Of a stretch of 64,000 bases of DNA, positions 1-12,813 are shown piece by piece (positions within the stretch are counted from its first letter, which is position 1; each line of letters starts with the position of its first letter). This DNA is from Lachnospiraceae bacterium. GTDB lineage: Bacteria > Bacillota > Clostridia > Lachnospirales > Lachnospiraceae. The position numbers and the translations under genes were made by a program. The stretch covers positions 8,803 through 72,802 of the forward strand of contig JAFTPP010000015.1 of the NCBI GenBank assembly GCA_017463255.1, written 5' to 3'. The notes under the pieces are model-generated. The model saw only the letters and a list, made by a program, of their open reading frames with translations, did no database searches and had not been told where the DNA came from.

Positions 1-2157
1 ATTTATGGTTTTCCACTATTGTATGCGATAGCAATCTTTGTTTTGGGGACAGTATTACAGGTTTTTGATGTAGTGCAGTTTACACAACAGCTTCCTTTCA
101 TACATATTGGTATGATATTTACCTTAATCAGTATTGTAGGGACCATTGTTTTTGACCTGTTCAAAAAGAAACGTAAAGAATATGGTGTGGTGGGAATTGG
201 CGTTTTAGGATTGTTATTCTCAGCCATTGTAGAAATTGGACTATATTATGTGCAAATTCCTATTTCTTTAGGAACTGTTTTGGCAATAGGGTTACTGTTT
301 TTGCTTATAACAGCTATCGTTAAAGCTGGACAAGATTTGCTTACAACAGAAAAAAATGAACAACAGGCAATTTCGGCAAAGGTTGCAGAGGAACGTTTTC
401 TTGCCAATATGTCCCATGAAATCCGTACCCCTATGAATGCAATTGTAGGAATGACAGAAATTCTGTTAAGGGGCAATCTTACAGATGAGCAGCGGGAATA
501 TTTAAATCATATTAAGAGTTCGGGGAACGCACTTGTTACCATTATCAACGACATTTTGGATATTTCTAAGATTGAAGCGGGCAAGATGGAACTGGTGGAT
601 GAGGTTTATGCCTTACGCCCCATACTTGAAGATATAGAAATTATCGTAAAGAGCCGTATTGGTGATAAGCCGGTTCAGTTTTTGTGTGAGATAGATGAAA
701 GCGTACCGGAGCTTCTGTATGGAGATGGTCTGCGTATCAGGCAGATTATTATTAATCTTGCCAACAATGCGGTTAAATTCACAGAAAGCGGTCAAGTAAG
801 GATAGCCTTGCGGGCTCAGACAATGGAAGATGGCAGAATCTGTGTGTTTGTATCTGTATCGGATACCGGACAGGGAATTAAAAAAGAGGATTTAGCTAAG
901 TTATTTGGCGCCTTTACACAGGTAGATTCCTTAAAAAACAAAGGAAAAGAAGGTACAGGCCTTGGTCTTACTATTTCCCGTCATTTTGTGGAAATGATGG
1001 GCGGAAAGCTTGAAGTAAAAAGTGAATATGGCAAAGGCAGTGAATTCTTTTTTACAATCTACCAACAACCGGTATCGGAAGAAATGGCATGTGAGATTAA
1101 GGCTAAAGAGGATATTACGGATTTTACCGCCTCTGAGGCTAAGGTTTTAGTGGTAGATGATAATGAGTTAAATCAAAAAGTGGCACTAGGTTTATTAGAG
1201 CCGTTACAGATGCAGATTGATATTGCAGGAAATGGTAAGACAGCACTTTCTATGATTCAAGCAAAAAAATATGATTTAGTATTCATGGATCACATGATGC
1301 CTGTTATGGACGGTGTGGAAGCAACAAGACGTTTGCGTAAAATGGAAGGTGAATATTATAGGAAACTTCCTGTGATTGCACTTACGGCGAATGCGATGAA
1401 AGAAGCCCAACAATTGTTTTTTGATGCAGGGATGAACGGATTTGTGTCAAAACCAATTCAAATGAATGAGATTTGCAGAGTGATTAGAGAATGGTTGCCA
1501 AAAGAGTTATTAGAAAGCGGTGAAGCTTCTTTAAAATCGGCTGATGCAAACAATGCAGAAACGGCATCGGATGGATTGGTGATTCAGGGAATTGATGTTA
1601 CTGAAGGACTTAAAAATGCCGGAAATGAAAAGATGCTTTTTAGGCTTTTGGGTGATTATTGCGATTTGATTGATACTAAGTCACAAAGTATTGAACAATA
1701 TCTGAAAGAAGGAAGAATCAGGGAATTTACTATCGAAGTGCATGCTTTGAAGAGCACTTCAAGACTCATAGGGGCTTTGGAGCTATCTGATGAATTCCGG
1801 CATTTGGAAACACTCGGTAATGCAAACAGTGTTGAAGAAATTGAGAAGGAAACACCTGGGGTTCTTGCACATTATAAGGAATACAAAAAATGGTTATCTT
1901 CTTTTTCGCAAATGAAGGAAAGGGAAAAGAAGGAAGTTTCCAAAGAAGAGATGATTATGTATCTTCAGGGAATCAAGGATTCCATGGAAGCTTTTGATTT
2001 GGATACGGCTGATGCGGCCATGGAAAAACTGGAAGAATGTAAGCTTCCGGAGCAATGCATTCCGCTTATGAAGTCCTTAAGAACATTGTTTGCAGATGTG
2101 GCTATGGAGGAGATTATAGCAGTAGCAGATAAAATGATTGCGTTGCTGGAGGAATAG
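1..2157 (+). CDS. hybrid sensor histidine kinase / response regulator with C-terminal Hpt domain (5' end probably cut by window edge)
   Basis: Frame is open back to position 1. Hydrophobic N-terminal segments. H-box SHEIRTPMNAIVG. HATPase boxes DTGQGI and GTGLGL. Receiver domain (VLVVDDNELN ... LVFMDHMMP ... SKP). Hpt-like HALKSTSRLIGA. Confidence 0.9.
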   Translation: MYGFPLLYAIAIFVLGTVLQVFDVVQFTQQLPFIHIGMIFTLISIVGTIVFDLFKKKRKEYGVVGIGVLGLLFSAIVEIGLYYVQIPISLGTVLAIGLLFLLITAIVKAGQDLLTTEKNEQQAISAKVAEERFLANMSHEIRTPMNAIVGMTEILLRGNLTDEQREYLNHIKSSGNALVTIINDILDISKIEAGKMELVDEVYALRPILEDIEIIVKSRIGDKPVQFLCEIDESVPELLYGDGLRIRQIIINLANNAVKFTESGQVRIALRAQTMEDGRICVFVSVSDTGQGIKKEDLAKLFGAFTQVDSLKNKGKEGTGLGLTISRHFVEMMGGKLEVKSEYGKGSEFFFTIYQQPVSEEMACEIKAKEDITDFTASEAKVLVVDDNELNQKVALGLLEPLQMQIDIAGNGKTALSMIQAKKYDLVFMDHMMPVMDGVEATRRLRKMEGEYYRKLPVIALTANAMKEAQQLFFDAGMNGFVSKPIQMNEICRVIREWLPKELLESGEASLKSADANNAETASDGLVIQGIDVTEGLKNAGNEKMLFRLLGDYCDLIDTKSQSIEQYLKEGRIREFTIEVHALKSTSRLIGALELSDEFRHLETLGNANSVEEIEKETPGVLAHYKEYKKWLSSFSQMKEREKKEVSKEEMIMYLQGIKDSMEAFDLDTADAAMEKLEECKLPEQCIPLMKSLRTLFADVAMEEIIAVADKMIALLEE

Positions 2158-2160
2158 AGC

Positions 2161-2556
2161 ATGTGTGTATTTTGTCAGATTATTAATAAACAAGTACCTG
2201 CCCATATTGTATATGAGGACGATAAGGTAATATCCTTTTTGGATATTGAACCGATTCGTGAGGGACACGTACTTATTGTACCTAAGTTGCATGTAGATTC
2301 GTTAGATAAATTGCCGGATGATATGATTGCCGGTGTTATGCGTGTGGCAAAGAAAGTGGTAGTCGCACATAGAGAAATCTATGGCAATGAAGGTTATAGC
2401 ATGATGCAAAACGGCGGTAAGTATTGCGACTTTGGTCATGCCCACTTTCATGTATTTCCACGTTATGATAGTGATGGTTTTGGCTTTAATTATCCGGAGG
2501 GAGAATCGGAGTACTCAGAGAAAGTGGCAGCTAAGATTATCGAAAAGTTGATATAA
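2161..2556 (+). CDS. HIT family (histidine triad) protein
   Basis: N-terminal CVFCQII motif and histidine triad HAHFHVFPR. Starts 4 nt after the kinase stop. Confidence 0.85.
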   Translation: MCVFCQIINKQVPAHIVYEDDKVISFLDIEPIREGHVLIVPKLHVDSLDKLPDDMIAGVMRVAKKVVVAHREIYGNEGYSMMQNGGKYCDFGHAHFHVFPRYDSDGFGFNYPEGESEYSEKVAAKIIEKLI

Positions 2557-2568
2557 GAAGGAGGGGGT

Positions 2569-3963
2569 ATGTATATGAACAGGAAGAAAATGCGTCTGGT
2601 AAGTATTATTCTAATGCTTGTACTGGTTATTAGTACAATGGCTTGCGGTAAAAAGGAGGAAGCAGTATCTGCTGATACTGCAGTGACGGATGTACCATCC
2701 GACACGGTTGTAGATACCAATGAGTCAAGTACTGAAGAACCCACAGAACCGGCCTCCACAGAACCAAGTACCGAAGAACCCACAGAACCGGCTCCGGAAG
2801 AGCCAAGTGTTGAGAAACCCACAGAACCGGCTCCCACAGAACCAAGTATAGAGGAACCGGGTATCGATGTATCAAAATATTCCGGTATGCGTGATATTAC
2901 AACCATGGAACTTGTGGATGATATGGGAATAGGTATTAATCTGGGAAATACCTTTGAATCTTGTGGCGATTGGATTGAGCAATGGGGTGCCGGCGGATAT
3001 CCGTCAGGTACTGTACAGGCTTATGAGACTGCATGGGGAAGTCCTATTATTACGAAAGAAATCATACAGGGCTATGCAAATGAGGGATTTGATACTTTGC
3101 GAGTTCCGGTTCATTGGATGAATTTAATGTCGGCAGATTATACTTTAAGCAAGGAGTATGTTGAGGCTGTCCGTGAAGTAGTAGAGTGGGCTTTGGAAGC
3201 GGACCTCTATGTTATTATAAACATTCATCATGACGAAGATGGTTTTTTTGCTAATTTTGCAACGGATAAAGATAACTGTATGAAAGCTTATGTGCGTGTT
3301 TGGGAACAGATTGCCGACGCGTTCAGAGATTATGACGACCATTTGATTTTTGAAGCTTTAAATGAAGAAGGTGGTTGGGACAGCATCTGGAACCGATGGG
3401 GAGGAACTACCACGGGAAAAGATACGGCATTTGGTATATTAAATGATATTAATCAGACTTTTGTGGATACCATAAGAGCATCAGGTGGAAATAATGAAGT
3501 TCGCCATTTGCTGATTTCAGGTTATTTTACAGATATTGAATTGACATGTGATCCACTTTTTAAAATGCCTACAGATCCTGTAAATCGTTGTGCGGTTTCC
3601 GTTCATTACTATACACCGGCAGTGTTTGCACTTCTTGAGGAGGATGCAGAATGGGGAAAACTCCGTAGTACATGGGGTACAGAAGAGGATTATGCAGAGT
3701 TAAACCGTCTGATGGATATTATGGAATCAACCTATGTAAAAAATGGAATTCCGGTAATCTTTGGTGAATATGGTTGTCCGACCAAAAATAAAGAATTAGC
3801 TTCCGTAAGATTATTTTTATCTTCTGTGTGCGAAGCTATCTTAAAGCGTGATATGTGTCCAATACTTTGGGATGTCACAGATATTCATTATAATAGGACG
3901 ACCTGCAAGCTGATAGATCAGGAACTGAAAAGAATGTATAACGATATTTCGGCGAAATATTAA
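2569..3963 (+). CDS. secreted lipoprotein glycoside hydrolase family 5 (cellulase/mannanase-like)
   Basis: Signal peptide with lipobox (ISTMAC). GH5 motifs GINLGNTFE, acid/base FEALNEE and nucleophile VIFGEYG. The start could instead be the ATG at 2575. Confidence 0.85.
   Translation: MYMNRKKMRLVSIILMLVLVISTMACGKKEEAVSADTAVTDVPSDTVVDTNESSTEEPTEPASTEPSTEEPTEPAPEEPSVEKPTEPAPTEPSIEEPGIDVSKYSGMRDITTMELVDDMGIGINLGNTFESCGDWIEQWGAGGYPSGTVQAYETAWGSPIITKEIIQGYANEGFDTLRVPVHWMNLMSADYTLSKEYVEAVREVVEWALEADLYVIINIHHDEDGFFANFATDKDNCMKAYVRVWEQIADAFRDYDDHLIFEALNEEGGWDSIWNRWGGTTTGKDTAFGILNDINQTFVDTIRASGGNNEVRHLLISGYFTDIELTCDPLFKMPTDPVNRCAVSVHYYTPAVFALLEEDAEWGKLRSTWGTEEDYAELNRLMDIMESTYVKNGIPVIFGEYGCPTKNKELASVRLFLSSVCEAILKRDMCPILWDVTDIHYNRTTCKLIDQELKRMYNDISAKY
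2728..2860 (+). repeat. in-frame Pro/Thr/Glu-rich linker repeats (TEEPTEPA-type) inside the GH5 gene
   Basis: cccacagaaccggc occurs three times (about 2739, 2779, 2818). The protein reads STEEPTEPASTEPSTEEPTEPAPEEPSVEKPTEPAPTEPSIEEP. Confidence 0.8.
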
Positions 3964-3974
3964 GTAAAACAGAT

Positions 3975-4008
3975 AGCGGTAGGAACGAATAGGTTCCTAC
4001 CGCTTTTA
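3975..4008. terminator. intrinsic terminator hairpin between the convergent GH5 and cytidylate-kinase-like genes
   Basis: agcggtaggaac / gttcctaccgct stem followed by ttt. A second palindrome, ctgcatatatgcag, lies at 4011-4024. Confidence 0.6.
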
Positions 4009-4041
4009 AGCTGCATATATGCAGGTATCGGAAACAGGCGC

Positions 4042-4665
4042 TTATAGAGGGGTTGTAAACCACTCTTTTGCATAGGTCGCAACCATTGGGGCGAGCTGCT
4101 TGATTTCTCTTCCACCGGTATTTATGCACAGGTGATATCCGCTTTTGTCACCCCATGGTTTTTTGGATACAAGGCCATAATAGTTGGCGCGGTCCTTATC
4201 AATCCGGCGGATTTTATCTTCAAGTTCTTCTTTGGTATAAGTTTCATATTCGTGGGTACGTTCTAAACATCGTTGTACACGATGCGCCATATCTGCATAG
4301 ACGAAAATATTGAATGGTTGATACTCATGCAAAAAAATTCCCGCAGCCCTTCCGACAATAATACAGTTCCCTTTTTCAGCAAACTCAGTCAAAAGATTTT
4401 TAGTCTCAACAAACAAATCGATTTTATCCTGCTCTTGAGGGGAAACGTAGGCAAGCGTTTGATTGTAATGAATGGGAACTCCAAGGAAAACACCTTTTTC
4501 AAAAGCTGTTGAAACATAGGTTTCATCCTTTTTCATTCTCTTGGCAATTTCTGTTACGGTTTCGCGGTCATAGTAGGAATAGCCTAGTATGTCGGCCATT
4601 CTCTTTCCTAACTCACGTCCGCCGCTTCCGAATTCACGGCTGATTGTTATGATTTTATTTTTCAC
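4042..4665 (-). CDS. cytidylate kinase-like family protein (P-loop, uncharacterised family)
   Basis: N-terminal ITISREFGSGGRELGKRMADILGY signature. Paralog of 12814-13416. Confidence 0.8.
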   Translation of the reverse strand: MKNKIITISREFGSGGRELGKRMADILGYSYYDRETVTEIAKRMKKDETYVSTAFEKGVFLGVPIHYNQTLAYVSPQEQDKIDLFVETKNLLTEFAEKGNCIIVGRAAGIFLHEYQPFNIFVYADMAHRVQRCLERTHEYETYTKEELEDKIRRIDKDRANYYGLVSKKPWGDKSGYHLCINTGGREIKQLAPMVATYAKEWFTTPL

Positions 4666-4890
4666 TGTGTCATCCTCCTTTTCACAAGATTTCCTCTCTT
4701 TTATTGTACATCAAATACCTGTAGGATGAAAAGTGGAATATAGAGTTTTTTTGAGCCTGAATGCAACTAACTGATAGAAGAATAAAAACAATGATATATA
4801 AATGAGAGAATGACTCTACAGCAGAGTAATTGTGATGCGTTATTGATTACAATATGGTACAATAAGCATACATTTATGTTTATTATATAA

Positions 4891-7967
<3,077 letters not shown>

Positions 7968-7968
<1 letters not shown>

Positions 7969-8174
7969 TGAAAAGTACACTGATTAAAGATACAACGAAA
8001 TCTGAACGAATTGCAATTATCAAAGAATGGATACCGGCTGATGACGGTATCCATGATTGTGATATTGATCTCTGGGATATGTACCATGATTATATAGAAG
8101 GTAAAAAAGAGATTGCAGAAATCAATGCAGAATTCAGTGAAAAATATTGTTTAAAAAATAAAAATATTTGTTGA
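7968..8174 (+). CDS. small hypothetical protein (68 aa) translationally coupled to lacZ
   Basis: Its ATG overlaps the lacZ TAA by 1 nt (TAATG). No recognisable motif. Confidence 0.4.
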
Positions 8175-8199
8175 CAAAGTGCATATAATATATTAAACT
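8171..8199 (+). promoter_or_regulatory. sigma-70-like promoter upstream of feoAB
   Basis: TTGACA at 8171-8176, a 17-nt spacer, then TAAACT at 8194-8199. The dyad GGTTAGA-GGCA-TCTAACC follows at 8208-8225. Confidence 0.45.
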
Positions 8200-8300
8200 C
8201 AGAATCGGTTAGAGGCATCTAACCCAAAATAAATGGTAAAATACGGAAATTCTTAAGATGCGTATGCAGGCTTATATGCAGGCAGTAGTTGGAGGCAGAT

Positions 8301-8513
8301 ATGAATTTAGCAGAAGCAGTTGAAGGAACAGAGTATATTATTAAAGAGATTGTAACAGACGATGATGAACTTAATGCTTTCTTGTTTTCTTTGGGATGTT
8401 ACAGTGGTGAACCAATAACCGTTATTTCCCATTTAAAGGGTGGATGTGTGGTTTCTATTAAGGATGCCAGATATAACATTGATAAGGAATTGGCAAGAGC
8501 TATTTCTATATAA
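8301..8513 (+). CDS. feoA: ferrous iron transport protein A
   Basis: 70-aa FeoA-like SH3 protein. GGAGG RBS at 8291-8295, then ATG at 8301. Lies directly upstream of feoB. Confidence 0.85.
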   Translation: MNLAEAVEGTEYIIKEIVTDDDELNAFLFSLGCYSGEPITVISHLKGGCVVSIKDARYNIDKELARAISI

Positions 8514-8520
8514 AAATAAA

Positions 8521-8545
8521 ATAGTGATGGAAATCACTATTTTTT
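8521..8545 (+). terminator. hairpin plus T-run between feoA and feoB (possible partial terminator)
   Basis: atagtgat-ggaa-atcactat followed by ttttt. Confidence 0.5.
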
Positions 8546-8595
8546 ATCACAACAAGTTAGTTGAAACTAACGATGGTTTCGGAATGGAGGAAATT

Positions 8596-10593
8596 ATGAG
8601 AATCGCATTGGCGGGAAATCCAAACAGTGGAAAGACTACGATGTACAATGCTTTAACCGGCAGAAATGAAAAAGTCGGAAACTGGGCAGGTGTAACAGTA
8701 GAAAAAAAAGAAAGTCCAATTAAAAAAAGTTATTACGAGGGAGAAGAAACACTTGTAGCAGTAGACCTGCCGGGTGCATATTCAATGTCTCCGTTTACAT
8801 CGGAAGAAAGCGTTACAAGTACTTATATTAAGAATGAAAATTCTGATGCAATCATTAACATCGTGGACGCAACTAACTTAAGCCGTAGCTTATTTTTTAC
8901 GACACAGTTATTAGAACTTGGTATTCCTGTTGTAGTAGCTTTGAACAAGAGTGATATTAATGAAAAGAAAGAGACGGATATCAACGTTTCTTTATTATCT
9001 GAAAAATTAGGATGCCCTGTGGTTGAGACTGTTTCCACATCCAATGACGGATTAAAAGAAGTGGTGGAAAAGGCGGTTTCCTTAGTTGGCAATGTTCAGG
9101 TGGCTCCATATGAACAGGGCGATGTAGATTTACAGGATAAGTCAGCTGTTATGGCTGCCGATAGAGCGCGTTTCGATTTTGTAAACGGCGTGGTAAAAGA
9201 AGTTGAGACACGAAAAGTGCTTACTAAGGAGAAGAACAAACAGGATAAGTTAGATGAAATCCTAACAAACAAATTGATCGGCATTCCAATTTTTGCAGTG
9301 GTAATGTTCTTAGTATTTTACATATCACAGTCTACCGTAGGAACATGGATTGCTGACTGGTTAGTAGGCTATATCGAAACTTTCCAGGAATGGGTTGGCG
9401 GACTTCTTGAAGGCAAGACCTCTGATTTCGTATATTCGTTGTTAGTGGATGGTATTATTGGTGGCGTTGGTGCTGTAGTTGGTTTCCTTCCGCTTGTAAT
9501 GGTTATGTATTTCTTAATCGCGTTATTAGAAGATTGCGGATATATGGCCCGTGCAACAGTTGTACTTGATCCTATTTTCAAAAGAGTAGGTCTTTCCGGT
9601 AAATCAGTTATCCCTATGGTAATTGGTACAGGTTGTGCAATCCCCGGTATTATGGCTTGTCGTACAATCCGTAATGAAAGAGAACGTAGAACCACAGCAA
9701 TGTTAACACCGTTTATGCCATGCGGTGCTAAGCTTCCTGTTATTGCATTATTTGCAGGCGCATTCTTTGCAGATGCTCCATGGGTGGGACCTGTAATGTA
9801 CTTTGTTGGTATCCTTTTAATTCTCTTAGGCGCATTACTTGTTAAGAAGATTACAGGATATAAATACAGAAAGTCATTCTTCATTATTGAGCTTCCTGAA
9901 TATAAGGCTCCAAGCTTATGGAGAGCATTCTGTTCTATGTGCTCCCGCGGTAAGGCTTATATTATCAAAGCCGGAACCATTATTCTTGTATGTAACGCAG
10001 TCGTTCAGATTATGCAGACATTTAACTGGAAATTAGAGACTGTAGCAGAAGGAATGGAAGATACATCCATTCTTGCAAGCATTGCTTCACCAATTGGCGT
10101 CATCTTACTTCCAATCGTAGGTGTTGCGGCTTGGCAGCTTGCAGCGGCAGCAGTTACAGGTTTTATTGCAAAAGAAAACGTTGTTGGTACATTAGCTGTA
10201 TGTTATGCATTAACAGACTTCATTGATACAGAAGAACTTGCACTAATGGGAGGAGCAAATGAAGTCGCGGTAGCTATGGGTATTACAAAGGTTGCTGCTT
10301 TAGCATACCTTATGTTTAACTTATACTCACCACCTTGTTTTGCTGCACTTGGTGCTATGAATTCAGAAATGCAGGATAAGAAATGGCTATGGGGAGGTAT
10401 CGCTCTTCAGCTTGGAACCGGTTATACAGTAGCATTTCTTGTATACCAGATTGGTAGCCTTGTAACAGGTGCCGGCCTTGGTAAAGGATTTGCTCCGGGA
10501 CTTATTGCGGTTCTCGTGATGGCAGCAATTCTTGTAGCAATCATTATTAGAAGCAACAAGAAGTTTAAAGCAGAGCATGAATTAAAAAAATAA
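8596..10593 (+). CDS. feoB: ferrous iron transporter B (GTPase plus membrane permease)
   Basis: G1 motif LAGNPNSGKTT directly after the ATG at 8596 (RBS GGAGG at 8586-8590). G-domain motifs DLPG and NKSD. Long polytopic C-terminal part. The longer track ORF from 8440 overlaps feoA and is rejected. Confidence 0.92.
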   Translation: MRIALAGNPNSGKTTMYNALTGRNEKVGNWAGVTVEKKESPIKKSYYEGEETLVAVDLPGAYSMSPFTSEESVTSTYIKNENSDAIINIVDATNLSRSLFFTTQLLELGIPVVVALNKSDINEKKETDINVSLLSEKLGCPVVETVSTSNDGLKEVVEKAVSLVGNVQVAPYEQGDVDLQDKSAVMAADRARFDFVNGVVKEVETRKVLTKEKNKQDKLDEILTNKLIGIPIFAVVMFLVFYISQSTVGTWIADWLVGYIETFQEWVGGLLEGKTSDFVYSLLVDGIIGGVGAVVGFLPLVMVMYFLIALLEDCGYMARATVVLDPIFKRVGLSGKSVIPMVIGTGCAIPGIMACRTIRNERERRTTAMLTPFMPCGAKLPVIALFAGAFFADAPWVGPVMYFVGILLILLGALLVKKITGYKYRKSFFIIELPEYKAPSLWRAFCSMCSRGKAYIIKAGTIILVCNAVVQIMQTFNWKLETVAEGMEDTSILASIASPIGVILLPIVGVAAWQLAAAAVTGFIAKENVVGTLAVCYALTDFIDTEELALMGGANEVAVAMGITKVAALAYLMFNLYSPPCFAALGAMNSEMQDKKWLWGGIALQLGTGYTVAFLVYQIGSLVTGAGLGKGFAPGLIAVLVMAAILVAIIIRSNKKFKAEHELKK

Positions 10594-10619
10594 GCTAGTA
10601 TTTAGAAGGGGATGACAGT

Positions 10620-10805
10620 ATGACAGGAACGGATTTTTTGGTTTTGGGAATTGTACTAATCATTATTGCGGCAGCAATAATTTACATCGTAAGAGCAAAG
10701 AAGAGCGGCGTAAAATGTATCGGTTGTCCGGCGGGTGGTAGTTGTTCTGGAAATTGTGGTGGACATTCAAAAGAACAGGGTGAGTGCAACTGTCATCAGG
10801 AATAG
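10620..10805 (+). CDS. FeoB-associated Cys-rich membrane protein
   Basis: 61 aa with one TM helix and a Cys-rich tail (CIGCPAGGSCSGNCGG...CNCH). Lies immediately after feoB. Confidence 0.75.
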   Translation: MTGTDFLVLGIVLIIIAAAIIYIVRAKKSGVKCIGCPAGGSCSGNCGGHSKEQGECNCHQE

Positions 10806-11008
10806 CTACAAAGTCATAATTTATCATAGATTTCATAGAGATTTAAGGGGAATTCAAACAGGGGGTGCACGAATGTGCGGCCCCCTGTCCTCATTTAGGA
10901 TAAATTCAAAAAAATTAGGCTGGATTCTTAAAAAAGGTTGTGCTATAATGTGCAAGGCGAGCGGGGGTAGCAAGCTACATAGTCTGTATTTAATCGGAAG
11001 TGATTGAG

Positions 11009-11392
11009 ATGTGCGAGAAGCATAAATCGAAAGTTTTGGCGATTTTAACATTCATATTAATTATGGCGGGAATGTATTTTGAAAAAGACAAAATGCATTC
11101 CTTGTTTGCGTATAATACTAATGAGTGTGTGATTCAGACTATAGAGGAATGTGATGATGCGGTTACGGATTCCATTGGTATGTATCATTCTTCCGTTGTG
11201 GATCGGATGGAACATAAGAAGATAGAGTATAAGCAGTTGAGAATGTATTCGGCAATGGCATATACGGTTCCATCGGTGGAAATATCACAAGAGGTCTTAT
11301 GTGCAGAATGGGAGATAAATCTGCCTAAATTGTACGGTCAGTCTGAGGTGTTAAACTATATCCATAATGAAGACGGAAAAAAACGTGTTTAA
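11009..11392 (+). CDS. hypothetical membrane-anchored protein
   Basis: One N-terminal TM helix (VLAILTFILIMAGMYF). No known motif. ATG at 11009 is preferred over GTG at 11000. Confidence 0.45.
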   Translation: MCEKHKSKVLAILTFILIMAGMYFEKDKMHSLFAYNTNECVIQTIEECDDAVTDSIGMYHSSVVDRMEHKKIEYKQLRMYSAMAYTVPSVEISQEVLCAEWEINLPKLYGQSEVLNYIHNEDGKKRV

Positions 11393-11442
11393 TACGATTA
11401 CATACTATTAATATTATTATTTCATAAGAAGAGGAAGAGAAA

Positions 11443-12795
11443 ATGGCATCAATATTTGCAACAATTATTTTCGTAGCAATGTTTATTTTCATTGTTACAG
11501 AGATTGTGGAAAGACATATTATTTCATTGGTATGTGCTGCACTTACTTTAGTGTTTGTATTTGGAGTAGGTATGCAGAGCATGGACGCAGTAGTGGAAAC
11601 ACTGAATGTTCATTCTATTTTTAATTCGGGATTTTGGTATCATTCCGGTGAAGCCGCAGAATCGGCAAGCGGTATTAACTGGGAAACAATCATATTTATT
11701 TTTGGTATGATGGTAATGGTAGAAGGTATGGCCAAGGTGGGATTTTTCAGATGGTTATGTATGAGAATTGCCAAAATGGTTAAATACAAAGTAATTCCCA
11801 TCTTTATCACTTTTATGGTATTATCTACTATATTAGCAATGTTTATTGACAGTATCACAGTTATTCTGTTTCTTGCAGCAGTAACTATTGAGCTGTCACG
11901 TTTGTTGAAATTTAATCCGATTCCAATGATTCTTGCTGAAGTGTTCTGTGCAAATCTTGGCGGTTCGGCTACTATGTGTGGTGATCCACCAAACATTATT
12001 ATCGGAACTTCATTAGGATATTCTTTTGCGGATTTTATTACCAATACGGGATTAATTGCTGCAGTATCCACTGTGGTAGTGTTATTGTATTTCTATTTTG
12101 TGTATCGTAAGGATTTGGCAGTAAAAACCGGAGAAAGCGTAGATTTTGCGACTTTACCAAGCCCTGAGTCAGCAATTACCAACAAAAAAGGATTTATAAT
12201 CAGTTGTATGATTTTCGGCGTTACAATTGTGCTGTTAATTACCCATGCACAGACTGGTTTAACAGTGGCTACTATCGGAGTTTTTGTTGCAATTGTTACA
12301 TTGATTGCAGCAGGTAAGGGTGCTTTAGAACTGATGAAGAAAGTGGACTACAAAACATTGTCCTTCTTTATCGGATTATTTGTAGTTATCGGCGGATTAG
12401 AGCAGACCGGTGTGTTAGAGGTAATGGCAGGTTTTATCGGCAAAATTAGCGGTGGTAATACAATGGTTATGATTGCTATTATTATCTGGTTATCAGCAAT
12501 TGCAAGTGCATTTGTCGATAATATTCCATTTGCAACAACTATGATTCCGATTATTAAGAGTTTATCTGTAACCTTCGGAGTGGATTTAGAGGTTCTGTCA
12601 TGGACACTTGCAATGGGAACGGATATCGGTGGTAGTGCTACTCCAATCGGAGCTTCTGCAAATGTTGTTGGTATTGCAACAGCAGCAAGAGAGGGTTATG
12701 TCATCAAATGGGGAACCTATTGTAAGAAGATGGTTCCGGCAACATTGATTGTTATTCTTATTTCCATGGTAGTTATTTATTTGAGATATTTGTAA
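11443..12795 (+). CDS. ArsB/NhaD (IT superfamily) permease
   Basis: 450-aa polytopic protein with permease repeats such as GGSATMCGDPPNIIIG and GTDIGGSATPIGASANVV. Confidence 0.75.
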   Translation: MASIFATIIFVAMFIFIVTEIVERHIISLVCAALTLVFVFGVGMQSMDAVVETLNVHSIFNSGFWYHSGEAAESASGINWETIIFIFGMMVMVEGMAKVGFFRWLCMRIAKMVKYKVIPIFITFMVLSTILAMFIDSITVILFLAAVTIELSRLLKFNPIPMILAEVFCANLGGSATMCGDPPNIIIGTSLGYSFADFITNTGLIAAVSTVVVLLYFYFVYRKDLAVKTGESVDFATLPSPESAITNKKGFIISCMIFGVTIVLLITHAQTGLTVATIGVFVAIVTLIAAGKGALELMKKVDYKTLSFFIGLFVVIGGLEQTGVLEVMAGFIGKISGGNTMVMIAIIIWLSAIASAFVDNIPFATTMIPIIKSLSVTFGVDLEVLSWTLAMGTDIGGSATPIGASANVVGIATAAREGYVIKWGTYCKKMVPATLIVILISMVVIYLRYL

Positions 12796-12813
12796 GTAAA
12801 AGGGAGGAAAAAG

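Noticed and set aside
2490-2906. 138-aa and 81-aa minus-strand ORFs rich in Gly/Ser/Val repeats
   Set aside because: They are antisense shadows of the Pro/Thr/Glu linker repeats of the GH5 gene. They are low-complexity and have no RBS.
8440-8595. N-terminal extension of the feoB ORF overlapping feoA
   Set aside because: It contains the feoA 3' end and the inter-genic hairpin. The conserved G1 motif follows the ATG at 8596, which has a GGAGG RBS.
9369-9884. 171-aa minus-strand ORF inside feoB. Similar antisense ORFs occur at 11640-12071, 14851-15156, 19853-20131, 24264-24698, 32303-32677 and 39934-40365.
   Set aside because: All lie fully within long, well-supported genes on the opposite strand. 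They have no start context or recognisable motifs and are typical shadow ORFs.
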